The notes beneath the pieces were generated by a model. It saw only the letters and a program-made list of their open reading frames with translations. It had not been told where the DNA came from and did not search any database. Positions 26,555-39,100 of a DNA stretch of 64,000 nucleotides are shown piece after piece. Position numbers and translations under genes: made by a program. This DNA comes from Mobula hypostoma (taxonomy: Eukaryota): the NCBI RefSeq assembly GCF_963921235.1, contig NC_086097.1, positions 149,050,001 to 149,114,000 on the forward strand. Reading direction: 5' to 3'. Every line of letters starts with the position of its first letter. Position 1 is the first letter of the stretch.

Positions 26555-27626
26555 AGTGGGAATAAACGGGACCTTTTCAGAATGGCAGGCGGTGACTAGT
26601 GGGGTACCGCAAGGCTCAGTGCTGGGACCCCAGTTGTTTACAATATATATTAATGACTTGGATGAGGGAATTAAATGCAGCATCTCCAAGTTTGCGGATG
26701 ACACGAAGCTGGGTGGCAGTGTTAGCAGTGAGGAGGATGCTAAGAGGATGCAGGGTGACTTGGATAGGTTGGGTGAGTGGGCAAACTCATGGCAGATGCA
26801 ATTTAATGTGGATAAATGTGAAGTTATCCACTTTGGTGGCAAAAATAGGAAAACAGATTATTATCTGAATGGTGGCCGATTAGGAAAAGGGGAGGTGCAA
26901 CGAGACCTGGGTGTCATTATACACCAGTCATTGAAAGTGGGCATGCAGGTACAGCAGGCGGTGAAAAAGGCGAACGGTATGCTGGCATTTATAGCGAGAG
27001 GATTCGAGTACAGGAGCAGGGAGGTACTACTGCAGTTGTACAAGGCCTTGGTGAGACCACACCTGGAGTATTGTGTGCAGTTTTGGTCCCCTAATCTGAG
27101 GAAAGACATCTTTGCCATAGAGGGAGTACAAAGAAGGTTCACCAGATTGATTCCTGGGATGGCAGGTCTTTCATATGAAGAAAGACTGGATGAACTGGGC
27201 TTGTACTCGTTGGAATTTAGAAGATTGAGGGGGGATCTGATTGAAACGTATAAGATCCTAAAGGGATTGGACAGGCTAGATGCGGGAAGATTGTTCCCGA
27301 TGTTGGGGAGGTCTAGAACGAGGGGTCACAGTTTGAGGATAGAGGGGAAGCCTTTTAGGACCGAGGTTGGGAAAAACTTCTTCACACAGAGAGTGGTGAA
27401 TCTGTGGAATTCTCTGCCACAGCAAACTGTTGAGGCCAGTTCATTAGCTATGTTTAAAAGGAAGTTAGATATGGCCCTTGTGGCTACAGGGGTCAGGGGG
27501 TATGGAGGGAAGGCTGGGTTCTGAGTTGGATGATCAGCCATGATCATAATAAATGGCGGTGCAGGCTCGAAGGGCCGAATGGCCTACTCCTGCACCTATT
27601 TTCTATGTTTCCTATTTTCTATGTTT
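26555..27626 (+). mobile_element. Young CR1 LINE copy A, 5'-truncated, open ORF2 3' part
   Basis: Uninterrupted RT C-terminal ORF to 27524 (SGVPQGSVLGP, KFADDTK), with 3' tail CTATGTTT repeats. Possible 4-bp TSD CACT (26551-26554, 27627-27630). Confidence 0.95.
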
Positions 27627-27719
27627 CACTTCACACAGCCAGAATTGCCAGTTCAGCAAAACTAGCAAGCAGTGTTTTATTGCAGCTCCTGCCCAACTGC
27701 AGCCGACTGATGTAACGTT

Positions 27720-28235
27720 TTGATATGTTGAGGTTGGACAGAAAGTGGTGGATACAGGCCAGTTTATCAGAGGCAAGCCCTCCCCAGAACACTGAGTACA
27801 TCTACATGGAGCTCTGTCACAAGAAAGCAGCATCCAAAGACCCCATTTATCCAGGCCTTGCCCTCTTCTCACTGCTGCCAATGGACAGGAAGTACTGATG
27901 CCTCAGGTCCCACAGCACCAGGTTCAGGGACAGTCATTGTCCTACACCCATCAGGCTCCTGAACCAGTGTGGATAACTTCATTCATCACTACTCTGATCT
28001 AAATTCAGCTATCTACAGACTCACATTCAAGGACTCTTTGCAGTTCATATTTTCAGTATTATTTTATCGGCACAGTTTTTCTTTAGTAGATTGGTTGTTT
28101 GTCAGTCTCTATCTGTTTATGTATAGATTTTCCATAAAACTTTATTGTAGTTCTCTTTGTTCCTGCAAGAATATGAATCTCAAGGTGGCATATGATAACA
28201 TGCGCATGCTTTGAAAATAAATTTACTTTGAATTT
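27720..28235 (+). mobile_element. Degenerate Rex1/Babar-type 3' fragment
   Basis: ALFSLLPMDRKY-like coding followed by a T-rich 3' UTR and AATAAA. The same tail family occurs at about 25480-25780. Confidence 0.6.
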
Positions 28236-28790
28236 TGAGATAGACTGCTTGTCAGAGGGCTGTCATGCAAGAGTTGGAACAATACCTGTTTGCTATATGT
28301 GAGTGCCTCCTGGGAAGGATGCTTGACCAGCCAAGGGAAGATGAGCTGCAGATGAGCATCATTGTAATGGCTACTCGCTATTGCTTTAAATGCATTCTTA
28401 GAGACAGAATATTGGTTATAAGCCAGCCAGTGCCTGCCATTCTGTGGTTCCTGTGAACCTCTGGCATTGCCAATGAAATTCAAGTCGCTTTCGCAAAAAA
28501 GGAAGCGCTGGATCCCAGAGCTGCAAGCCTGCAATTTTAGTGAAGTTCCACTGGTGCAAGTTCGTGCCCAGACTGTGACCATGGCAAAAATGCCTGCAGG
28601 CCACAATTGAATGCATGTAGGCGTTTTTTGTCCTTCTGTTGTAGGCAAGAATTGTCACAGCTAACAACATTTTGCAATGGGTTATCTTCATCTTCAGTAT
28701 TTGGGCATTATTGATGCCAATGTGGCTGGAATATATTACATATTTCTGGCACCACTCGTGCCCACCATATTGAGAAGTGTCATGCAATAT

Positions 28791-29979
28791 GGATTTTCAA
28801 AAGGCTTTTGACAAGGTCCCACATAGGAGATTAGTGTGCAAACTTAAAGCACACGGTATTGGGGGTAAGGTATTGGTGTGGGTGGAGAATTGGTTAGCAG
28901 ACAGGAAGCAAAGAGTGGGAATAAACGGGACCTTTTCAGAATGGCAGGCGGTGACTAGTGGGGTACCGCAAGGCTCAGTGCTGGGACCCCAGTTGTTTAC
29001 AATATATATTAATGACTTGGATGAGGGAATTAAATGCAGCATCTCCAAGTTTGCGGATGACACGAAGCTGGGTGGCAGTGTTAGCAGTGAGGAGGATGCT
29101 AAGAGGATGCAGGGTGACTTGGATAGGTTGGGTGAGTGGGCAAACTCATGGCAGATGCAATTTAATGTGGATAAATGTGAAGTTATCCACTTTGGTGGCA
29201 AAAATAGGAAAACAGATTATTATCTGAATGGTGGCCGATTAGGAAAAGGGGAGGTGCAACGAGACCTGGGTGTCATTATACACCAGTCATTGAAAGTGGG
29301 CATGCAGGTACAGCAGGCGGTGAAAAAGGCGAACGGTATGCTGGCATTTATAGCGAGAGGATTCGAGTACAGGAGCAGGGAGGTACTACTGCAGTTGTAC
29401 AAGGCCTTGGTGAGACCACACCTGGAGTATTGTGTGCAGTTTTGGTCCCCTAATCTGAGGAAAGACATCTTTGCCATAGAGGGAGTACAAAGAAGGTTCA
29501 CCAGATTGATTCCTGGGATGGCAGGTCTTTCATATGAAGAAAGACTGGATGAACTGGGCTTGTACTCGTTGGAATTTAGAAGATTGAGGGGGGATCTGAT
29601 TGAAACGTATAAGATCCTAAAGGGATTGGACAGGCTAGATGCAGGAAGATTGTTCCCGATGTTGGGGAGGTCTAGAACGAGGGGTCACAGTTTGAGGATA
29701 GAGGGGAAGCCTTTTAGGACCGAGATTAGGAAAAACTTCTTCACACAGAGAGTGGTGAATCTGTGGAATTCTCTGCCACAGCAAACTGTTGAGGCCAGTT
29801 CATTAGCTATGTTTAAAAGGAAGTTAGATATGGCCCTTGTGGCTACAGGGGTCAGGGGGTATGGAGGGAAGGCTGGGTTCTGAGTTGGATGATCAGCCAT
29901 GATCATAATAAATGGCGGTGCAGGCTCGAAGGGCCGAATGGCCTACTCCTGCACCTATTTTCTATGTTTCTATGTTTCT
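28791..29979 (+). mobile_element. Young CR1 LINE copy B, 5'-truncated, open ORF2 3' part
   Basis: ORF 28777-29883 (DFQKAFDKVPH...), with tail (CTATGTTT)2. Possible 5-bp TSD AATAT (28786-28790, 29980-29984). Confidence 0.95.
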
Positions 29980-30414
29980 AATATAAGGACATGGTGGAAG
30001 TGTCCAGATCTTGGCATCACAACTGAAGGTAGGCCAAAAATATAGCAAAGCTCTTGCTGTTAGATTTGGGGGCTTTGGTAAACTTTCCTCTTGGTCTGTG
30101 GTAGGATAGGGAAATTATAGAGAGAATGCATAAGGCAAGATAGTCCCTCTCTCCTCTGCTTCCCCTTCTTTTATCAGGATGGAGCCTATTTGTCCGTGTT
30201 AAAGGAAGAGTGCTTCAAATCCATCACTAAACTGAGGGGAATGTGTAGGAGAGTCTTCATTGCAAGAGTGCTACTAATGGTACTGTCTGACATGTTGAAA
30301 CAGTAACTGAGCAAGCTTGAATAACTAGTAAAATGTAATGCTGGCCATGGACTTGGATGCCTTAATATGTTTCATGTTCCAGTCCATAATTGCATGAAAT
30401 AATGAATGATTTAT

Positions 30415-30724
30415 GAAAGGCATCCATTAGTCTTGCGAGACCATGGATCTGCGCCTGGAAAGTCTTCACTCACCAGGATGCAGGCCTGGGCAAAGTTGTA
30501 TGGAAGACCAGCAGTTGCCCATGCTGCAAGTCTCCCCTCTCCACAGCACCGATGTTGTCCAAGGGAAGGGCAAGGGTCGATACAGCTTGGTACCAGTGTT
30601 GTCGCAGAGCACTGTGTGGTTAAGTGCCTTGCTCAAGAACATAACACGCTGCCTCAGCTGGAGCTCAAACTCACAACCTTCAGGTCACTAGTTGAATGCC
30701 TTAACCACTTGGCCACGTATCCAC
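30415..30724 (-). mobile_element. tRNA-derived SINE with a CORE-like central segment
   Basis: The minus strand has an A-box TGGCCAAGTGG, a degenerate B-box GAGTTTGAGCTCC, then CTTGAGCAAGGCACTTAACC (CORE-like). Imperfect TSD ATGATTTAT / ATGATCTAT. Confidence 0.7.
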
Positions 30725-30967
30725 ATGATCTATAGTCAAGGAGAAATTAACTAAACCAATTCTTGGAAGAAAGCTGCAGGGCAACAGTGCATATATTGCT
30801 TCATGAAGACCACAGGCATCCTAATGTTATAAAGACCCATTGACTGCAGCCACAGCACTGTGAGGGCAGTGTACGAGAATTCTGACATGTGCAGGAAGTG
30901 CACTCCTTCAACATTGCAGCCAGTCTCCAATCATTTGCAGAGAACTGTGCTGTTCAAAGTCCAATGC

Positions 30968-31986
30968 GCATCCACATCACCAAGGATCTCATGTGGTCTG
31001 TAAACACCAGCTGTGTGGTGAAAAAAGCACAATAGCGCCTCTTTCACTTCAGACGGTTGAGGAAGTTTGGTATGGGCCCCAAAATCCTAAGAACGTTCTA
31101 CAGGGGCACAATTGAGAGCATCCTGAGTGGCTGCATCACTGCTTGTTATGGGAACTGTACCTCCCTTAATCACAGGACTCTGCAGAGAGTGGTGCAGACA
31201 GCCCAGCGTATCTGTAGTTATGAACTTCCCATGATTCAGGACGGCGGATTATCGGCACCCAATTGCCCACCATTGAGAACATCTAGAATAAACGCTGCCT
31301 GGGCAGGGTGAAAAGCATTATCAAGGATGCATCTCACCCTAACCATGGACTTTTTACTCTCCTCCCATCCGGTAGGCGCTACAGGAGCCTCCACTCCCGC
31401 ACCAGCAGGCACAGGAAGAGCTTCTTCCCTGAGGCTATGACCCTGCTGAAACTCACATCACAGCGCTAAGCAGTATTGTACCCATATTGTACTGTCTCAG
31501 TACTTTTATATTTGTGTGCTGTAGCACTTACTTTTTATTTGCAGTTATTTTGTAAATAACACTATTCTTTGCATTTCTCGTTAAATGCTAACTGCATTTC
31601 ATTGGCTTTGTGTCTGTACTCGGCACAATGACAATAAAGTTGAATCTAATCTAATCTAATCTAATTTACAAAGACAGGTGTGAAAAGTGGGCCTAAAGGA
31701 TCAATTGGGACGTGAGTCACCCCAACCACAATCTATTCCAGCTGCTAGAATCCGGGAAACGGTACCGCAGCGTAAAAGCCAGGACCAACAGGCTCTGGGG
31801 TCAGCTTCTTTCACCAGGCCATCAGACTGATTAACTCATGCTGATTTGAGTGTATTTCTATGTTACATTGACTGTTCTATTTATTATAAATTACTATGAT
31901 TGCACATTTTGACAGACACCTAACATAAAGATTTTTACTCCTCATGTATGTGAAGGATGTAAGGAATAGTCAATTCAATTCAATTC
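30968..31986 (+). mobile_element. Rex1/Babar 3' fragment (same family as 2229-3796) carrying a nested insertion
   Basis: Closely similar to 3207-3796 on both sides of 31242-31663, with a (CAATT)n tail. Confidence 0.88.
31242..31663 (+). mobile_element. Second Rex1/Babar-type family 3' fragment nested in the previous element
   Basis: Encodes RRIIGTQLPTIENI..KDASHPNHGLFTLLPSGRRYRSL, and has its own AATAAA and (AATCT)4 tail. Confidence 0.85.
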
Positions 31987-32915
31987 AGTCAGTAAAAGTA
32001 ACTCATCCAGCCAGTCAAGGCCTGATGTGCCCTAAGCCTTTGAGCCACTGTGAAGACAAAAGAGTGCGGCAAAAGAAAGCTGTCTACTGACCAACTGGCC
32101 CTGTCATCGCCCATGCAAGAGATGTGCTACCAGTTGGAACATGTGCTACCATCACCTCTGTCTGAAAAGCTCTGGAGATGAATTACTATTGACCATCACA
32201 TTTTCTGCAACCGGACAACCAGCAGATCTGTCACTGGAGGTAGTGGTGAAAGAAGAGAGGAGGGAGCTTTGGGAACTTCTTCCCTACCCTGTAGTCAAGG
32301 AACAGTTAACAGATTACTATTTTAATAAAAGCAGACTCAATCCCCATTCCACCAAGTTTCCCATCTTACCCTCCCACTATTACTGATATCACATCGTCCA
32401 CAAACCATAAAAACCAAATTCAAGGTCATCGCAAATCAAAATTGCAAATCTTTATTATACATCCAATCATGACAAAAGCCAAAAAAACCCATCTAATTAC
32501 TTTACCATCCACGTTGTACCTTTTCACAGTGGTTCCCGTAGAGTGCACTCACAGGGTGGTTGGTGGGACACCACTGAGTTACTGGAGCACACTGCAAGCG
32601 GCCGTGAAGGATGCTTTTGATATTGTAGAGTCAGATTCGGGCTGATCAGCAACATTCAGGGTTGGCAGGCTATATGGATGCTGCCAGGATATTGATGGAC
32701 TGGCAGTGAATGCTGCCACCCCGAGAAGCAATAGCATTTTCATGCTTCTTGATAATGCTGCCATGTCCTTGGAATTCTGCTACTTGGGGGGGGGGGGTGG
32801 GAAACAGCAATAAGATAAATGCCAAATAGCCTTTTGTCGAATTAGGGAGAAATCGTCTAAAGTTCACCCAATAACAAGTTTGGATGAGGTCAGATAGATG
32901 CCCAGTTGGTGTTTG

Positions 32916-33296
32916 TGAAACCCCCGGTTTCCATGGCTGCGTAAGTCTAGGGAAAACGCTCTCCGGTCCCACCAAACTCATGAGACTGAGACGACTCTCC
33001 CATCCCAAATGCCGGGTTGTGTGGATGCTGTGTAATTTGTTACCCTGTTACAGATTAGTGCCATGAAGTAACAGATAGTACACTGCATACGATTAAAGGA
33101 ATTATATTTATGTATCTTAACTAAAGGGTTATTAAAGAAAAACTAAAAGGAAAATCCCATTTTAATTAAACAGTCAAGTGTGCGCAGGTCTTCAACAATA
33201 ACCCAAACAAGCCGAAAACAGAACAGACTGCTCTTACCAAGCTGTTAAATGAAATACATACAGCATAACAGTAAAAATATGAACCAGGGCGTTACA
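32916..33296. mobile_element. Probable solo LTR
   Basis: TG...CA termini with a short inverted repeat (TGAAACCCCC / GGGCGTTACA) and a 4-bp TSD TTTG (32912-32915, 33297-33300). Confidence 0.65.
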
Positions 33297-35324
33297 TTTG
33301 AGCCAGGCATCAAAGGGACAATCGTGCCTTCAAGGAGGAGAGATGAGAAGGGAACAATTCAAAAGGATGACATTGCACTTTCATATTGCAGTGGATCAAA
33401 CCAATGCCCATTCATTCCCATTATATCGATCAGAGATCCCTTTTTTTTATTGAGTACCCACTTTCAGATAACTTTTGGGGATCTTCCACAATATTTTTTG
33501 TCTTATCTTAAATACTAATTAGTTACATTACATGCCAACCTTCTTTAATTACCTGTTGAGTTCTGAATCACTAATTCTTTCCCATGACATCTCCAACTTC
33601 TCTCTGTGACCACCATTTTTGTAATCCTTTTTCCAAACCTCCATAGGCTTACAATTCCACTGTTCAATAATTTCTCCATGTTCCCCTCAAAGATGATGCC
33701 ATGGTGTTTGTACCAAGGTCTGGGCTTTACTAACATAGATGGTCAACGGGATGAAACATCACCCCACTCACTTCAATTATTCAGAGCTGCAGTGAATCAA
33801 TTTATGTGCAAGTCATTTCAGATAAATCTCCAGGGATGTGATGGCTCAAAGGATTTACAAGGGAGTTCACATCTGCAACAAGGGTAAGAGAGCTACAGAA
33901 ACCCCTGAAAAGATCCATTCTTCCCTTTCCAGAATGTTTCAAGAGCACCAGCAGAGAAAGTCCTTGTGGCAACTTAAGGTCTTGTCTCCATCTTAACTAA
34001 GCTGGTGTCTTTGCTGAATCCCAGCCATAGGGCATTTATTAGGGCTTAATTTGCATAATTGTCCTAAAATATTTGAACCTAACAATTGCCAAACTACTTA
34101 CAGTAAATCTTAGCAGCACAGAGAGGCCATTCAACCCACAAATCTGCATCATTTCCTGGTGCAACCGTTCCATCAGTCCCATTTCCCTGCTTTTTTACCC
34201 ATATCCCTGATTTTATTTCCCCTCAAATCACTATTAATTTTTTTCTCTTTGGCAAATAATTGAATGTTATCACAGCCAGTACTATTCCTACTCATTGTCT
34301 AAACGTAAGCAATTGTAACATGGGGATAATTGGCTAAAAGTCACTAATGGGAACTGAGCTAATTTTGTGGTGCCGAATGGGTGCAACTTTAATGCTTACA
34401 TCATATCAAGATCAGATTGCACATCACAAACTAGGAATGGCACCAGACCCTCCGAGCAGTCTGAGTAGTCTGACTCACCGACTTACAGTATAAGGTCACT
34501 GAATCACAAGAGCAATTGCCTGTCCAAGTGAATCAATATGATAGATTCCACTAATGCACCTGGAGTGAAGCCCATCCTCTACTGTCTAAAATGTCCTCTT
34601 GGGTTGATTTATTTGATGTGATTTGTATTTCAAGTGACTGAACAAGGCTGAAGAAGTACAAAGGTTTGCAGGCAGGCAAATTTGTTTGTGCAGTTTATCA
34701 GGGTACAGCTGCTGCTAATACAATAGACTCAGGCAGTTCCAAGTATAAGTCCATCTGTAATGCAGCCAAGGTCACAGCAGTGCAATGTGAGCAAAAGACT
34801 TTTGAAAATCTACTTCCTATTGCTAATGGAAGAGCCTTTGTTGACAGAAATTATGGTCAAAATGGTTCTGGCCCCTCCAGATGGAAATGATTTCCAAAGT
34901 TCAGCCTATAAATTGAGAAGCTGTTTTACATATAGTTACTGCTTTTCTGCTTCTAGGAATTATTTTCTGGATAGCATTAGCTCTGGAAACTGTAATGTTC
35001 ATAAATGGGAAGCTCAAAAAGAAGCTTTGGGAAGTCCAAAACCTAAACTTCTGCACTTCTTCAGTTTTACTTTTGATTTCTCTGTTTTCCTCTGGCAGCC
35101 TTGATGAAGGGATAGCATTGATATGCAAGGAGCAGGCTATCAACCTATTTGACCATTTTGGTAAACAGCATAAAATTTCATTTTTTGATACAAATTCCAA
35201 TTTCTATGTAAAAAAAAAATTAAAGGAATCAAAATAAATGACTGAATCTATAAGCCATTTGTTCAGTTTATCTACATATAATATTGACTCTTTTTATTGC
35301 TATGCATTTCTTTCCTAAAGCTGT

Positions 35325-36116
35325 GGCTCTTTGGTAGAGAGTATCATGCTGGACTTCCTCAATGTCTATAAGTCAAAGGGGAGGGTCATCAACTTCAGGA
35401 GAACTCACACCACTCACACTGGCAGTCACTTCGGTGGCACAACAGTGGAAACTGAAAGTAGTCTCAAACTCCTGGGAGAGCACATCTCGCACAACCTTCA
35501 TGGTCCTAGGACACATCCTACAAAATTAAGAAAGCTCACCAGCGCCTCTACTTTCTGAGGGGGCTGAAGAGAACTGGACCATGCACAGCAATACTCACAT
35601 TCTTCTGGTGTGCAGTAGAGAGCATCCTGACATGCTCACTGCAGGGTACAGAAACTACACTGCAGCTGACAGGAAGGCTCTACGATGGATCGTCACAACT
35701 GCCTAACGCATCACCGGCACCAGCTTTTCCACTGTGCAGGGCATATATACAGAAAGGTGCCGTTAAAAGGCCAAACCACCCATCCCGATCATGGACTGTC
35801 TGGCTCACTGCCATCAGGGAAGAGGCGACATAGCATTCACTCCTGGACTAGCAGACCCAAAAAACAGTTACTTTCCCCAGGCAGTAAGGCTGATCAACAC
35901 CTCCACCATTTCATCATTTCTTGTCAGAGTCACCATATGCACATCTGCCTAGTGTCACTTCATGTATATGAGCTACCTTATGTATTTATATTTCTTGTAT
36001 TTTTAATTATTGTTTTCTTCATCTTTTTGTGCTGCATTGGATCTGTAGTAATAATTATTTCATTTTCCTTTACACTTGCGTACTGGAAATGACAATAGAC
36101 AATCTTGAATCTTGAA
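35325..36116 (+). mobile_element. Degenerate Rex1/Babar-type LINE 3' part
   Basis: HGLSGSLPSGKRRHSI motif and a (TCTTGAA)n tail. Confidence 0.75.
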
Positions 36117-39100
36117 TGCATCAACCACGGTCATTCTACAGATGTTAGCCTTGACAGGAAGCAGGGGTAGGCTGTATAGGAAAGTAGGGTCTGGCATTGC
36201 TGTGAGTGAGATGACAGTTGAGCCAATTCTCATTCCCATCTGGCTACCAAATGTGAAAAAGCCATGGATAACAAGTAGTTTTAAGAACTGAAGCCCTTCC
36301 CCTAGTTCGAATTCATTGATGTTCAGGCTAAGTGTGGCTACTTCACCTTCCTTTGAACTGGGGTTATCTAGAATAGTGGTCCAGGGATTAAATCTGGAGT
36401 TTTTTTTAGTCTTTCTAAAGCAAACACTCTTAATTTCCCAGTAGCACAGTAGAGTAATCTGATTGGTTTCCATGTCATGAGATCTCATGAATAAAACTTC
36501 AGCTTCTCGAGCCTGTTTACACCTTGAAATAGAACAGGGATCTGACAACACTGGAGCCACCCTCTAATATCTAGCAGATGACGTTTAAAGAATCATACTA
36601 TTTACTGCATAGCCTTGCCAGGATTTGGACACAGTCCTTCAGCTAATGAAACTAAAGAAGAGAGGAAGAGGAGAACAGATTGAGTCACCTAAAACATATC
36701 TGTGAAATCTGTGACAAAAAAAAATGTATGACTGTGATCCCATTAAATCCAACTCCAGTTTTCCCTTCATCAGCAGTTTCATACCTGTTAATGACTATCC
36801 ATCATATCCTTGGCTCCAATGCAAAAAAAAACTCTCAAAATAAATATTGCAAACCGAGTTTAAAAAGCGTAGCATTTCATATTATAATGAATCACTAATT
36901 AAACAGTTTTGTGCATTCCTGTTGTTCATCTTTCCCTGGTTTAGTTATGCACATTGCTATCCCAATCAGTTCCAATATGACTGGTTGAAGGCTGCAGACT
37001 TTCTATGATGGAGACTGCATTTGACTTTGGAGGATTAGCTGGGTCATTGGGCATGAGGATGGGGTCCATACCTATGCTGATGGAGTTGTCCACCAGTTCT
37101 AATTTGGACTTGGAACACAGCGCCTGAACAGCCCATGATATCTGTACCAACCGTGATGCCAAATTAAAACTAAGCCTATCTGTCCTCACACAAGTGAACA
37201 TGTAGCATGCAAGAGAATTCCTAGAAGCATGGTTTTCCACTTCTATAAGCAGACACGTAGACTTCAATCCCATTTATGACCACAATACACGAAGTTCACC
37301 ACACAAGCAATCAGCGACCAGATTTCATCCCTACATCACAATTGAGTTTCCATAATGACGACCAATCAGCTGATTGATAAATCTAGAGAGGCCAACCACT
37401 CGGAAGATGCACCACAATTAATTGTGCACTCATGGTGTCTCCTTGTATGGCGACAAAACGTTTGCAAGTAAATTGCCAAGATCAGAGAACAACTCAACCT
37501 GACCATAAACAATATCCCTCTACTCCCTCCATATTTATGTATCTATCTAAAAGCCTCTAATGTTACTATTGTACCTGCTTCCACCACCCACCCTGGCGGC
37601 CTGTTCCAGACACCTGCCCCACAGGTTGTTTCTGTCCCTTAGCTTTGCTCCCTCTCACCATACAAGCAGATTCTCTGTATCAAGTGGGTACTGCTCTCTG
37701 GAATGGTTCACAAGTTCAAGCCATTTAGGGAGCTGACACTTGTTCCATCATTATCTCTTATGTTTGTAATAGACCAGATTTGCTCAGTGATATACTTGTG
37801 TCCAGATCTGACATTCAAGCCATCCTCAATGCACAGCATCAATTCCTGCCATCATGCTTACAGCTGTGAGAAGGAATGGTAACCTGTCTTCATTTTCACT
37901 TTCTGCTGGCTCTTTCCTCACCTGCCCAGCCAGGTTAGAGCCTTTGGTTTTCTATGAGGGGAAGTCACAAGGGATGAGATGACAGGAGCTAACAGAATAA
38001 GAAGTCCTGTTTATAACAAATTTCAAGTGCAATGACTAGTAATGTGGTTGATGAGATATGATATTTGAAGAAGCAGTCATTCGCTTTAGTCCTACTGGTG
38101 AATCCATTAAGGTTGTCTCAGTACTGCAACTGATCTATAGGATGGCTCTCTTGATGATAGCTCGAGTGACTCTGTTCTAAGTCTGTGGGGATAATTGTGT
38201 GGAGGTGTTTTTTACCTTCTGAAAAAGGTGACTATCTGTTACTTTCTCCACCTCCACCATTACTACCTCCATTGTGAATCACAGTGCATGTACCTCCGAG
38301 TTTAATCATCTCCTAGATCAGAATGTGTTGCAGACTACTTCCAGCAGCCAAAGTCCACCCTTCTCCTTTCCCTTTTTCAAGGCACAGGCTGGCTGTAATT
38401 GATGCAAGCTTACATTAAACTGTAATGACCACTCTTTGAAAGCATCCAGTCACTTAATAGCACAATGAGCACTGATGGCCATTGCAATCATTTCAAATGA
38501 GCAGCCAGCACAAACTTTGTATGTTGCCTGCTTTAGATTGATTGGGAACAATTATTTATGCACCTTGATCCTGTGCAATTTATTCCCTTCTTTCAACTAT
38601 CCTAAAGACCTCATTGAGATGACATCCTAGTCTTCTGCATTAACATGGATATGTCTAGTAAATACATGAGGGCCTTCTGATTAAAACATTTTAGTCACAG
38701 TATCATTTTGGGGATTCTGCACTGAATACTCTTAATATATTCTCCCTGAGGTGGGTTGTCAAAACGGAGTGATTTAATTGCATTCAGACCAGAACTGCAT
38801 ATAATTGTAATGTAAATTTCTTCCCCTTTTTCATTCCATCCCCCTTGAGATAACAAATCCTGATCATGCCCTTCACTCGGTCTGTAGAGGCTGAACGGAA
38901 TGATGGGAGGAGTCAGGTTAAAGACTGATTTATGTAGCAATACCAAGCAAAAGCTGTGATACCCTGTGGAGGCTGTGCAAAATTTGGCAGCTTGGTGCAG
39001 ATGATGTCAACTATTTCCTGACAGTATTCCACAGTTTCCTAGGCAACCAGCCTGGCAACAGATGAGGACTGACCTCCTGGAAATGCTTTCCCCTCTCCTT

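Noticed and set aside
26505..29883. 339-aa and 368-aa ORFs as duplicated host genes or a retron-like RT system
   Set aside because: Both are 5'-truncated CR1 ORF2 fragments whose start codons come from flanking DNA.
34666..35237. Overlapping ORFs in unique-looking sequence as possible exons
   Set aside because: I see no recognisable protein similarity and no convincing splice-site pair.
36060..36560. 166-aa minus-strand ORF
   Set aside because: It has no recognisable domain and overlaps LINE tail and decayed repeat sequence, so it is likely spurious.
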